DNA of 64,000 bases from positions 248,001 to 312,000 of IMG/VR virus record IMGVR_UViG_3300030102_006934; one strand, written 5' to 3'. Made by a program: the position numbers and the translations under genes. The first letter of the stretch is position 1. Every line of letters starts with the position of its first letter. Positions 8,642 through 18,086 of this stretch are shown piece after piece. Below the pieces are notes generated by a model. That model ran no database searches, was not told the origin of the DNA, and was given only the letters and a program-made list of their open reading frames with translations.

Positions 8642-10543
8642 ATGGAATTATCTAAACAAATTCTATCAGACATAACTGTCTACATGAAATACGCTAAATT
8701 TCTACCAAAAAAACAAAGAAGGGAGACTTGGGAAGAGTTAGTAACTAGAAATAAAAAAATGCATCAAAAGAAATACCCTAAATTAAAAAAAGAAATCGAA
8801 GAGGTTTACAAATACGTTTATGATAAAAAAGTATTACCCTCCATGAGGTCTTTACAGTTCGGAGGCAAACCTATTGAAATATCACCAAATAGGGTCTATA
8901 ACTGTGCTTACCTACCAATTGACCACATAGATTCATTCTCTGAGACAATGTTTTTATTGTTGGGTGGAACTGGAGTAGGTTATTCTGTACAGAAACATCA
9001 CGTTGAAAAGTTACCAGAAATAAGAAAACCAAACCCAAATAGAACTAGGAGATACTTAATCAGTGATTCTATAGAAGGTTGGGCTGACGCTATTAAAGTA
9101 TTAATGAAATCTTACTTTGGAGTTACTTCATCCACACCAATATTTGATTTTTCTGACATTAGAGCTAAAGGAGCTCTGTTAGTAACATCTGGTGGTAAAG
9201 CACCAGGACCACAACCATTAAAAGATTGTATTCACCATATTACAAAGGTACTAGACTCCAAAAGTGATAGGGACAGAATGACTACATTAGAAGTTCATGA
9301 TATTGTTTGTCACATCGCAGACGCTGTCCTAGCGGGAGGTATTAGAAGAGCGGCTTTAATATCCTTATTCTCAGCTGACGACAATGAAATGATTTCTTGT
9401 AAGTCAGGAGCATGGTGGGAACTAAATCCACAAAGAGGTAGAGCTAATAACTCAGCCGTACTATTAAGAAATAGAATTACAAAACAATTTTTCCTAGATT
9501 TATGGAAAAGAGTTGAGTTGTCTGGAGCTGGTGAACCTGGAATTTACTTTTCATACGATAAAGATTGGGGTACAAACCCATGTTGTGAAATTGCTCTAAG
9601 ACCTTTCCAATTTTGTAACCTATGTGAGGTTAACGCATCCGACATAGAGTCACAGGAAGACTTCAATAATAGAGTTAAAGCAGCTTCTTTTATTGGAACA
9701 TTACAAGCTGGTTACACAGATTTTCATTACTTAAGAGACGTGTGGAAAAGAACTACAGAAAAAGACGCTCTTATTGGTGTGTCTATGACTGGTATAGGTT
9801 CAGGTGTTGTCTTGGGTTATGACATGAGTTTAGCAGCAAATATTGTAAAAGAAGAAAACACTAGGGTAGCTAACTTAATTGGTATTAATGAGTCGGCTAG
9901 AACAACCACTGTGAAACCAGCGGGCACAACATCTCTTACTTTGGGTACGGCTTCAGGTATTCACGCTTGGCATAACGATTATTATATCAGAAGAGTTAGA
10001 GTTGGTAAGAATGAGGCTATATACACATATCTTTCAGTCTACCACCCAGAACTAGTAGAAGATGAAATTTTCAGACCACACGATACGGCAGTAATTTCAG
10101 TTCCACAAAAAGCACCAGAAGGTTCTATTCTTAGACATGAATCTCCTTTTGAATTGTTAGAGAGAGTAAAAAGAGTTTCACAGGAATGGATTAAACCAGG
10201 ACATAGAACAGGGCAAAACTCACACAATGTATCTGCAACTGTTTCTTTAAAGGAGGAAGATTGGGAATTAGCTGGAGATTGGATGTGGGAAAACCGTGAA
10301 CATTATAATGGACTATCTGTCCTACCTTATAATGGAGGTACTTATCAACAAGCACCATTTGAAGATTGTGACGAAGAAACTTACACAAAGATGATGAAAT
10401 CACTTAACGATATAGATTTAAGTAAAGTTGTCGAACTTGTAGATAACACTGATTTATCTGGTGAAATAGCTTGTGCTGGTGGAGCTTGTGAGGTTGATGT
10501 TGATATCACAAAAATACAACCTAACGGAGTTGAAGATGTGTAA
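8642..10543 (+). CDS. nrdJ: Class II (adenosylcobalamin-dependent) monomeric ribonucleotide reductase
   Basis: VLPSMRSL, YNCAY, GGIRRAALI, GTNPCCEI, FCNLCEV, TVKPAGT and C-terminal CAGGAC. Confidence 0.92.
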   Translation: MELSKQILSDITVYMKYAKFLPKKQRRETWEELVTRNKKMHQKKYPKLKKEIEEVYKYVYDKKVLPSMRSLQFGGKPIEISPNRVYNCAYLPIDHIDSFSETMFLLLGGTGVGYSVQKHHVEKLPEIRKPNPNRTRRYLISDSIEGWADAIKVLMKSYFGVTSSTPIFDFSDIRAKGALLVTSGGKAPGPQPLKDCIHHITKVLDSKSDRDRMTTLEVHDIVCHIADAVLAGGIRRAALISLFSADDNEMISCKSGAWWELNPQRGRANNSAVLLRNRITKQFFLDLWKRVELSGAGEPGIYFSYDKDWGTNPCCEIALRPFQFCNLCEVNASDIESQEDFNNRVKAASFIGTLQAGYTDFHYLRDVWKRTTEKDALIGVSMTGIGSGVVLGYDMSLAANIVKEENTRVANLIGINESARTTTVKPAGTTSLTLGTASGIHAWHNDYYIRRVRVGKNEAIYTYLSVYHPELVEDEIFRPHDTAVISVPQKAPEGSILRHESPFELLERVKRVSQEWIKPGHRTGQNSHNVSATVSLKEEDWELAGDWMWENREHYNGLSVLPYNGGTYQQAPFEDCDEETYTKMMKSLNDIDLSKVVELVDNTDLSGEIACAGGACEVDVDITKIQPNGVEDV

Positions 10544-10629
10544 AAAAGTGAGTTGGGGTAATGATAAAACATTAACACAACAAGTTTTAGAAGCCCTTTA
10601 TCAAATCAGAAAAGACAAAGGATAAAATT

Positions 10630-10653
10630 AACCCCCTTAGTAGGGGGTTTTTT
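10630..10653 (+). terminator. Rho-independent terminator
   Basis: AACCCCCT-TAGT-AGGGGGTT followed by TTTT. Confidence 0.88.
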
Positions 10654-10721
10654 ATGCTTAAAATTTACATTTGTCAATTATTGTATAAATTAATTTATTA
10701 GATATTTATAATAAAAAAACT

Positions 10722-11105
10722 ATGGCTGAATCATTCATTAATATTAGATTTCCTTTTTACGATTCCCAAAAAGGTTACTTCATAGATATGAATAAACAAA
10801 ATAAGAGAGCTGTAAAGTCTAACTTAATGCATCTTTTATTAACCAATAAAGGAGAAAGATTATATTCACCGGACTTTGGTACTGATTTGAAAAAATATCT
10901 TTTTGAACCCAATATCGTAACAGTACAAAATGATATTAGAGATGAGATACAAAAAGCTATAGATAGATATATACCTAATTTAAAAGTAGATAGGTTAGAG
11001 GTTTTACCAATAGAGGGTAATGACCACTCAGTTATAGTTAAATTAGAATATACAATAACTAACGGTACGTTTACTGAAACAGATTTTGTTACGATAGAAC
11101 TTTAA
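10722..11105 (+). CDS. Baseplate wedge subunit, gp25-like
   Basis: LLLTNKGERLYSPDFGTDLKKYLFEP motif; preceded by ATATTTATA at 10702. Confidence 0.9.
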   Translation: MAESFINIRFPFYDSQKGYFIDMNKQNKRAVKSNLMHLLLTNKGERLYSPDFGTDLKKYLFEPNIVTVQNDIRDEIQKAIDRYIPNLKVDRLEVLPIEGNDHSVIVKLEYTITNGTFTETDFVTIEL

Positions 11106-11106
11106 T

Positions 11107-12927
11107 ATGGCACAGAAAAAAATTAATTACTTAGCTAGAAATTTCGCTGACGTTAGGTCAGAGTTATTTACATTCATTAAAAAATATTATCCTGAAATAT
11201 TTTCGGATTTTAGTGATTCCTCAGTTGGTACAATGATGATAGAGTTAAATGCGGCAGTTGCCGACATGTTATCTTACCATACCGATAGAATGTATAACGA
11301 AACTCAAATAGAGTACGCTCAAGAAAGAAAGTCACTATTGAGTATGGCTAGGACAATGGGTATTAAAATACCTGGACAAAGACCAGCCGTAACATTAGTA
11401 GACTTTCAGGTAACAGTACCAGTTTTCGGTGATAGTTACGACACTAGATATACACCAGTATTAAGGAGTAATGCACAAGTACTGGGTGGGGGGCAGGTTT
11501 TCGAAAATTTAGAAGATATAGACTTCAATTCACCATTTACTGCTGGAGGTATACCCAACCGTACAATAGTACCCAATTTTAATGGTAATGGTGATTTGGT
11601 CAACTACACTTTAACTAAAAGAGAGTTAGTAGTAAACGGTAAGACAACTTATTTCAGTAAGTCTATTAGTCCGTCAGATGTTAAACCATTTTTACAATTA
11701 GTGTTACCACAAACAAATGTCTTATCGGTTGATAGTATTATAACATTAGAAAACCCAACCGATGGTATTCCAAATTTAGATGTGTTTAATAATCCTCAAT
11801 TTAGGTGGTATCAAGTAGACTCTTTAGCAGAGGATAAAGTTTTTGTTGATGATAATTCTAGGACTAGTGATAATAAATCCATCACACCAGCCAAATGGAA
11901 AAACGTAACCCAAAGATTTATAACTGAATACACAGACACTGGATATTGTAAAATTACTTTTGGTAGTGGTACTGGTAATGAAACATCACCTATTATAGAC
12001 ATTGCTAATAACTACGGTAATTTAATAAACACCACTGCTTTAGGTGAGATACCTAAAGAAGGTAACACTATGTATGTTAAGTATAGAGTCGGTGGTGGTA
12101 CAGGTTCTAATATAGGTCCTGGTGCAATAACTAGTTTAGGTAACTTTAGTTTGGAGGTAGATGGACCAAACTCTACAATTAGTTCAAGAGTTAGTAAGAC
12201 ATTAAGAGTTTCAAACCCAATACCCGCCGTAGGGGGATCTAATTCACCCTCATTAGAAGAAATTAGAAATTTAGTTAAATATAATTTCGCTTCACAAAAT
12301 AGAGCTACAACTACTAAAGATTATGTGGCACAAGTATTGAGAATGCCAGGTAAATATGGACTACCTTTTAGGTGGAGTGTAGAAGAAATTTCTAACAAAA
12401 TAGTTATAACAACTATAGGTTTAAATGCCGAAAACAAATTAACCAACGTATCTTCAAGTACATTAAAACAAAATCTATCAACTTGGTTGGCAGATTATAG
12501 AATGATAAATGATTATGTAGAAATAACAGATGGTAAAGTAATAAACTTAGGTTTAGATCTAGACATATTTGTGGATAAGAGTTTTAATCAATCTGAGGTT
12601 GTTAATAATGTAATTAGAAGTGTTATAGAATATTTTGACGTTAAAAAATGGTCCATGGGACAAGACATATTTGTTTCAAATTTAGTTGAGACAATAAACA
12701 ATGTTGGTGGGGTATTAAACTTAGTTAATTTTAAAGTGAATAACTTAGTTGGGGGTAACTATTCCAACAACAGAACCAATCAGACAACATTAAGTTTTGA
12801 TGATCAATCTATACCGGCTGTCTATGGTTTAGATATGAGTGATTACACTATATTCGGACAAAATAACGGAATGTTCGAAATTAAAAACCCAAATAGAGAT
12901 ATTACTGTTAGAGTAAAAACAAACTAA
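11107..12927 (+). CDS. Baseplate wedge subunit, gp6/Baseplate-J-like
   Basis: YLARNFADVRSEL..FSDFSDSSVG..LSYHTD, YRVGGG..NI and ASQNRATT..DY motifs; adjacent to gp25. Confidence 0.88.
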   Translation: MAQKKINYLARNFADVRSELFTFIKKYYPEIFSDFSDSSVGTMMIELNAAVADMLSYHTDRMYNETQIEYAQERKSLLSMARTMGIKIPGQRPAVTLVDFQVTVPVFGDSYDTRYTPVLRSNAQVLGGGQVFENLEDIDFNSPFTAGGIPNRTIVPNFNGNGDLVNYTLTKRELVVNGKTTYFSKSISPSDVKPFLQLVLPQTNVLSVDSIITLENPTDGIPNLDVFNNPQFRWYQVDSLAEDKVFVDDNSRTSDNKSITPAKWKNVTQRFITEYTDTGYCKITFGSGTGNETSPIIDIANNYGNLINTTALGEIPKEGNTMYVKYRVGGGTGSNIGPGAITSLGNFSLEVDGPNSTISSRVSKTLRVSNPIPAVGGSNSPSLEEIRNLVKYNFASQNRATTTKDYVAQVLRMPGKYGLPFRWSVEEISNKIVITTIGLNAENKLTNVSSSTLKQNLSTWLADYRMINDYVEITDGKVINLGLDLDIFVDKSFNQSEVVNNVIRSVIEYFDVKKWSMGQDIFVSNLVETINNVGGVLNLVNFKVNNLVGGNYSNNRTNQTTLSFDDQSIPAVYGLDMSDYTIFGQNNGMFEIKNPNRDITVRVKTN

Positions 12928-13754
12928 TGATTAAACATAAAATAGTTAATAATTTTGTTTTAGGTGAAGATAACAAGAATTTATACACCATACCTAGTGG
13001 TGCTTTGAGTGGTAACGATGTTTTAATAAAATCAATTCCTATTACCCTAAATTCACAGAATAGAGATACAGGATATGAGGATGTTGTAAATAACTTATTT
13101 AAAGAAAACGAAAAAAAAGTTATAAACCCCTTTGTGGACACAGAAAAAATAAAATTTAATTCAGCAAAAAGAATAGTAGAAGGTGGTTTTTACGTTTATA
13201 GTGATTTAAAACTAAAATTTTATTTTTCATCACACGATAACCCAAATATAGTTAGTACACCAGCAACCAATTGGGAATCAGCTGGTTTTACCCCTGATGA
13301 AATAAATAATTCACTAAACAGTTTAAGGTTTAGTTTTTTTAGAGTTGATTTTTATGATTCTGAAAACACTAGAGAACAGAATTTTTTATTCTCCGAGTTT
13401 TTAACAGTGGGATTCAATCAAACAACCCAATTTAGTTTTAATAGGTTGTATTGGTTTAAAGAAGATCAAAATTTTAAAAACGACACTTATGTGGATTTAT
13501 ATTTCGATGTTACTTTTTTCAATGCTAAAAACGGTAGTAGTGTTAGGTTTATAAATAAAACAAACCCAGAAGTAGATGCCACAGTGGAAAGTTACAACCA
13601 AAACCCAGATTGGAGATTTACAAAGATAAGGTTGTTAAATCCATATTTTAACCTTTTAGGTGTCGGTAGTACTAATAAAGTTTTTTATGTTGATCCTAGA
13701 AATGATAATCAAGATGATTTGATAAATTTTACTGAGTTACATTTTATTGACTAA
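12927..13754 (+). CDS. Putative virion structural protein
   Basis: Translationally coupled to gp6 in the baseplate operon. Confidence 0.6.
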   Translation: MIKHKIVNNFVLGEDNKNLYTIPSGALSGNDVLIKSIPITLNSQNRDTGYEDVVNNLFKENEKKVINPFVDTEKIKFNSAKRIVEGGFYVYSDLKLKFYFSSHDNPNIVSTPATNWESAGFTPDEINNSLNSLRFSFFRVDFYDSENTREQNFLFSEFLTVGFNQTTQFSFNRLYWFKEDQNFKNDTYVDLYFDVTFFNAKNGSSVRFINKTNPEVDATVESYNQNPDWRFTKIRLLNPYFNLLGVGSTNKVFYVDPRNDNQDDLINFTELHFID

Positions 13755-14005
13755 TGGAAATATATAAAAAAAAGATTGTAATAGACAGTAGACTCTATAA
13801 AATTAATTTTAGTGGTGACACTGAATCTAACTATGATTTGGGTATGGTGAGAATTAAAAATGGTGAAACACCAGAGTCGATTGAGGGTCCAGACTTAAAT
13901 ATAAATTTTTTTATTAAACAAAAGGTAAAAGATTTAGGTATATATGAAACATACCAGTATGAAGAACCAACGATACTTAATAATACACAAGTATACGGTA
14001 ATTAA
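13754..14005 (+). CDS. Hypothetical protein (baseplate operon)
   Basis: 83-aa coupled ORF. Confidence 0.6.
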   Translation: MEIYKKKIVIDSRLYKINFSGDTESNYDLGMVRIKNGETPESIEGPDLNINFFIKQKVKDLGIYETYQYEEPTILNNTQVYGN

Positions 14006-14013
14006 AAACAAAA

Positions 14014-14652
14014 ATGAGTATAACAGGGGTAACAAGCAGTAAATTATTTAAAGTAAAAACAACTGATTTATCAGACCCATATAAAGTCGGAGTTAATGGT
14101 GTATTATCTATTTTTAGTGAGGGAATAGATGGCACTGATAGTATAGAAAAAGAAATTACTTATCTTATAGATGATATTATATATAAAACTACAATAGATG
14201 TAGAACAAGTAGGTGGTTATAGTTTTCAGTCTTTAATAAAAAACTCACCCACAAACACTAGTGTACTTAGTAAAAAAAGAGCTAGTATTAATGAGGCTAC
14301 AATAATAGAACAACCTAAAAACGGATCTAAAATGGTTAACTTTTTTAAGTTAGACAGGACCAAAGGGGTTGAGAACATTAACGAAAAAACCCAACCACTA
14401 AGTATCAATATAAATCCTAATACAACATTTATAACTAATCAATACTCCTATAATCATTTTATTAGTGAGGATGTTTATAAGGAAAGTGACTATGTTGGTT
14501 TAATTGGTGAGCCAATAATAGAATCTGAAATATTTATTGAAAGGGATACTGGTAGTATTTTTGAGAGACATCAAAGGTTATCAGAAATTAATAGTATAAA
14601 TGAATTAGAAACCTATAGAAACGGTTATTACGAAAATGTAAATACAATATAA
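14014..14652 (+). CDS. Putative virion structural protein
   Basis: 212-aa ORF in the operon. Confidence 0.6.
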   Translation: MSITGVTSSKLFKVKTTDLSDPYKVGVNGVLSIFSEGIDGTDSIEKEITYLIDDIIYKTTIDVEQVGGYSFQSLIKNSPTNTSVLSKKRASINEATIIEQPKNGSKMVNFFKLDRTKGVENINEKTQPLSININPNTTFITNQYSYNHFISEDVYKESDYVGLIGEPIIESEIFIERDTGSIFERHQRLSEINSINELETYRNGYYENVNTI

Positions 14653-14653
14653 A

Positions 14654-15529
14654 ATGGCAACAGGAAATTATGGTATAGTTAGACCAGCAGATGTAAATAA
14701 TGAGGATATACAAATATTCTATAATTACACACCATCAAGACAAACAATATCTGGTACTATGACAGAATTAGATAGTGCTTCTTTAATCACAGATGTAAAC
14801 GGTGGTATAAACTCAGTAATAAGTGGAATTAAAAATTTAAATCTACCAGCGGATATTTTTGGTTCTACTGGTATATATAATATTTTAATTAGACCTAGAG
14901 AAACTAACATAAATATTATAGACTGTGGTGTTTTATCTGTATCACCAGACGTTAAAGGTATTTTATTCAATGTTAGTGATTTACCAACAGAACTAGCTTC
15001 TGATAATTCTTTAATCGGTTTTAGGGTAGAGTATTTTAATTTAGAGACTGGTATAAAAGAACAAAATTTATTTAGAATAATAACATCTAGTGGTAGAGTA
15101 GAACCAGTGAATCAAAATTTAAATAATACAAACCAAAAGGCAATACGTTATAGGTATAACGATGCTGGTAGTTTAGTTTTTTGTACACTAACACCAACCT
15201 CTACAGCTATAACACTACCTAATCAACTACCTTTTATAGGCCAACCTAATCAACAAGTAACTTTAACAAATACTTATTTCGATCCAATACACATAGAGTT
15301 AGAAATGGTAGAACACAATTCTGAAACACTTGCTTACGCTCTATACGGTAATCAATCTAAGTCTATTCAAGATGGTATATATACTATTTACGATAATGAA
15401 AATAACATTTATAAACAATATAACTTATTTGAAGTACAAGATGATGCGGGTAACCCATTATTTGAGGCTAGAGAAATTAGGTTAAATATCGATGACTCTA
15501 AATCCTTTAGTAATATATTTTCAGTTTAA
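14654..15529 (+). CDS. Putative virion structural protein
   Basis: 291-aa ORF (MATGNYGIVRPADV...) in the baseplate operon. Confidence 0.6.
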   Translation: MATGNYGIVRPADVNNEDIQIFYNYTPSRQTISGTMTELDSASLITDVNGGINSVISGIKNLNLPADIFGSTGIYNILIRPRETNINIIDCGVLSVSPDVKGILFNVSDLPTELASDNSLIGFRVEYFNLETGIKEQNLFRIITSSGRVEPVNQNLNNTNQKAIRYRYNDAGSLVFCTLTPTSTAITLPNQLPFIGQPNQQVTLTNTYFDPIHIELEMVEHNSETLAYALYGNQSKSIQDGIYTIYDNENNIYKQYNLFEVQDDAGNPLFEAREIRLNIDDSKSFSNIFSV

Positions 15530-15542
15530 AAATTAAATAAAA

Positions 15543-18053
15543 ATGGCAAAAAGAGTAGTACCAGGTTCGTTAACTAAAGTATATCAAAATGAGGATAGAG
15601 ACTTTTCACCTAACTTAGTGGGCCAACAATTTACTGATCCAAACTCTTTTTTTACCCTAGGTAACTTTTCTTTAACCACAAATAACTCTAACATAACTGG
15701 TGAGTTCTTCAATACAGGAGAATTTTCTAAAAAATTAACTTTAGATAATTTAGAAATAACTACCGAAGAATCTGTAAAAATAAATCAAAAAACTAGTAAT
15801 AGATTAGATGTTAGATTAAAGAGTAGTAAAAATGATTTATTATCTTATGTTTATTTTAGTGATGCGAGTAAGTTTGTAGAATCTGAGATAATTGGTGTTA
15901 TAGAAAAATGGAAAGGTAGCTTATTTGTTAGGTTTTCATACATAAACGATACTGTAACAGATTTTAATTACGATGAAGATAAAAATATTAGTTATTTTAC
16001 TGTTTCTAAAAATGTTATAACAAACTTCTTTGAGTTAGTAACAAATGAAGAGGCTGAATTTGAAGTTAATAACCAAAATGATATTGCTTATTTACCAAAC
16101 AACTTTAGTAAGTACGAAGTGTCAAACGATTTCGGTAAGTTTTCAATAATAGGTTATACTGGTGATACCTTCACTGATGATTACATAAAAATAAAAACAA
16201 AAGGTTTAACTTGGCCTACATTATTAGATAATGGTAGTAGTGCTGGGTCTTTTAGGTATCACATTAAACCCAATGATGATGTTTTAGAAGATGTTTTCTA
16301 TAGTGAGTTAACACCCTTTCAGTCACAGTTAATGAATCGAGACACTATCCCTATATATACTATTAATTTAAAAAACAATAGTGAAGCCAAATTGGGTTTT
16401 AGAACGGAGTCTTTTAATACCTTTACTTGGCCATTAGAAGATGGTTATAATATATCTATACAAGGTAGGGATTATGCAGATTATTTATTGGGTATGATAA
16501 GTTTTGCTGAGGCTTTTGATTCTAAGAGAACTAATATCATGAGTAGGAAATTAGTTGCAGGTGCTATATTTGAATTTGATACAGCTGGGGATGGTAACGA
16601 CCCTACTAGTGGGCGTAAAATAAATAAATTAATTAAAATATGGGGTAGAGAGTATGATAAGGTAAAAACTTATATTGACGCAATTTCTTTCGCTAATGTA
16701 GTTAGTTATGATGATAATGAAAATACACCAGATGAACTAATTAAAATGATGGCCACAACGTTAGGTTTTGATACTCTACAATCTTATAGTAGTGAAAAGT
16801 TGTTAGAATTTTTTAGATTAACAAACCAAAGTGACTTTCCTTCTAATACTAAAGGTACCTCATTTAAAGAAATGGATATTGAGTTATGGAGAAGATTAAT
16901 TATTAACGCTTGGTGGTTATTTAAATCTAAAGGTACCAGAAAAGTTATTGAATTCTTTTTAAATTTATTTAGGATAGATGAATGTTTAGTTGATTTAGAT
17001 GAGATAGTATATGTTGTGGACCAAAAATTAGACTACCAAGAAATTATTACTGAGTTAACATCTTACTATGGGTTTCAACCAGATGAATCACAATTAAGGG
17101 TTGATACCGATGGTTACCCCAAAATACTACCTAATACACCAGATTACTATTTTCAGTTAAATGGTTTTTGGTATGATGGTGGTGTACCAGAAAATACTAA
17201 ACCAGATGTGAAAGGTAATAACCCACACTATGGTCCTTACGATTATGGTAGAGCTTATTTCGATAAGTATAGATGTTTATTGGAAAACTTTGTCCCACAA
17301 GATATAATCACTCAGTTGAATTTATTAACCTTTAATTATTTTACTGATTATAGTTTAGGTACTATTGAGGGTGTCGGCCAAACAACCATAGACATTAGTA
17401 ATCAGGAAGCTGAACAAATAAACGATGGTAATACACTAATAGAATATAATAACACAACCAACAACTCTTTCTACGCTAATATAATGAATGATGTTGATAA
17501 TATTAGAGTATTAAATGCACAAGTAATTAATGCTGGTAGAGATGATGAAACTAGTAGTAACGGTGAAAGTTCTTTTCATATTAATATCTTTACTGGTGGT
17601 GAAGATTTTTGTGAGAATGAATTTTGTCCACAAAATATTTATCCACACCCAGACGGCTCTGGTATTTTTGTTTACTCAACTGAACAACCAAGTCCAGTAC
17701 CACAATTTTTACCACTAGAAAATGAATTTTGTTGTGGACAAATAGGTGGTATTAATTATGTAGATGTTTCTAATGGTACAACACCTTGTTATCTTTGCCC
17801 ACCTATTGAATATGAAATTTTGGATACGAACTCAGAGGGTGAAGAAATAGTTGTAGGTTTTACGAAACCAGATGGGACTGTTAAGCAGATAGACCAAACA
17901 TGTTGTAATTTAAGATATGGGGTGAATAACTGGATTACACCACCAGGTGAGATAGTAGTAGTGGAAGGAACTGTAATAGAATTAGCTGGTGTACCTTACT
18001 GTCTTAAACCACAAACAGTAATTGATTCAGAAGAAAATAACGAATCCTTTTAA
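15543..18053 (+). CDS. Baseplate wedge protein, gp7/P2 gpI-like, with Cys-rich C-terminus
   Basis: PDELIKMMATTLGF..WRRLIINAWWLFKSKGTRKVIEFFL resembles the gpI/gp7 core; operon position. Confidence 0.65.
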   Translation: MAKRVVPGSLTKVYQNEDRDFSPNLVGQQFTDPNSFFTLGNFSLTTNNSNITGEFFNTGEFSKKLTLDNLEITTEESVKINQKTSNRLDVRLKSSKNDLLSYVYFSDASKFVESEIIGVIEKWKGSLFVRFSYINDTVTDFNYDEDKNISYFTVSKNVITNFFELVTNEEAEFEVNNQNDIAYLPNNFSKYEVSNDFGKFSIIGYTGDTFTDDYIKIKTKGLTWPTLLDNGSSAGSFRYHIKPNDDVLEDVFYSELTPFQSQLMNRDTIPIYTINLKNNSEAKLGFRTESFNTFTWPLEDGYNISIQGRDYADYLLGMISFAEAFDSKRTNIMSRKLVAGAIFEFDTAGDGNDPTSGRKINKLIKIWGREYDKVKTYIDAISFANVVSYDDNENTPDELIKMMATTLGFDTLQSYSSEKLLEFFRLTNQSDFPSNTKGTSFKEMDIELWRRLIINAWWLFKSKGTRKVIEFFLNLFRIDECLVDLDEIVYVVDQKLDYQEIITELTSYYGFQPDESQLRVDTDGYPKILPNTPDYYFQLNGFWYDGGVPENTKPDVKGNNPHYGPYDYGRAYFDKYRCLLENFVPQDIITQLNLLTFNYFTDYSLGTIEGVGQTTIDISNQEAEQINDGNTLIEYNNTTNNSFYANIMNDVDNIRVLNAQVINAGRDDETSSNGESSFHINIFTGGEDFCENEFCPQNIYPHPDGSGIFVYSTEQPSPVPQFLPLENEFCCGQIGGINYVDVSNGTTPCYLCPPIEYEILDTNSEGEEIVVGFTKPDGTVKQIDQTCCNLRYGVNNWITPPGEIVVVEGTVIELAGVPYCLKPQTVIDSEENNESF

Positions 18054-18086
18054 ATAGTGATAAAAAATTTATAAATAAAATAAAAA

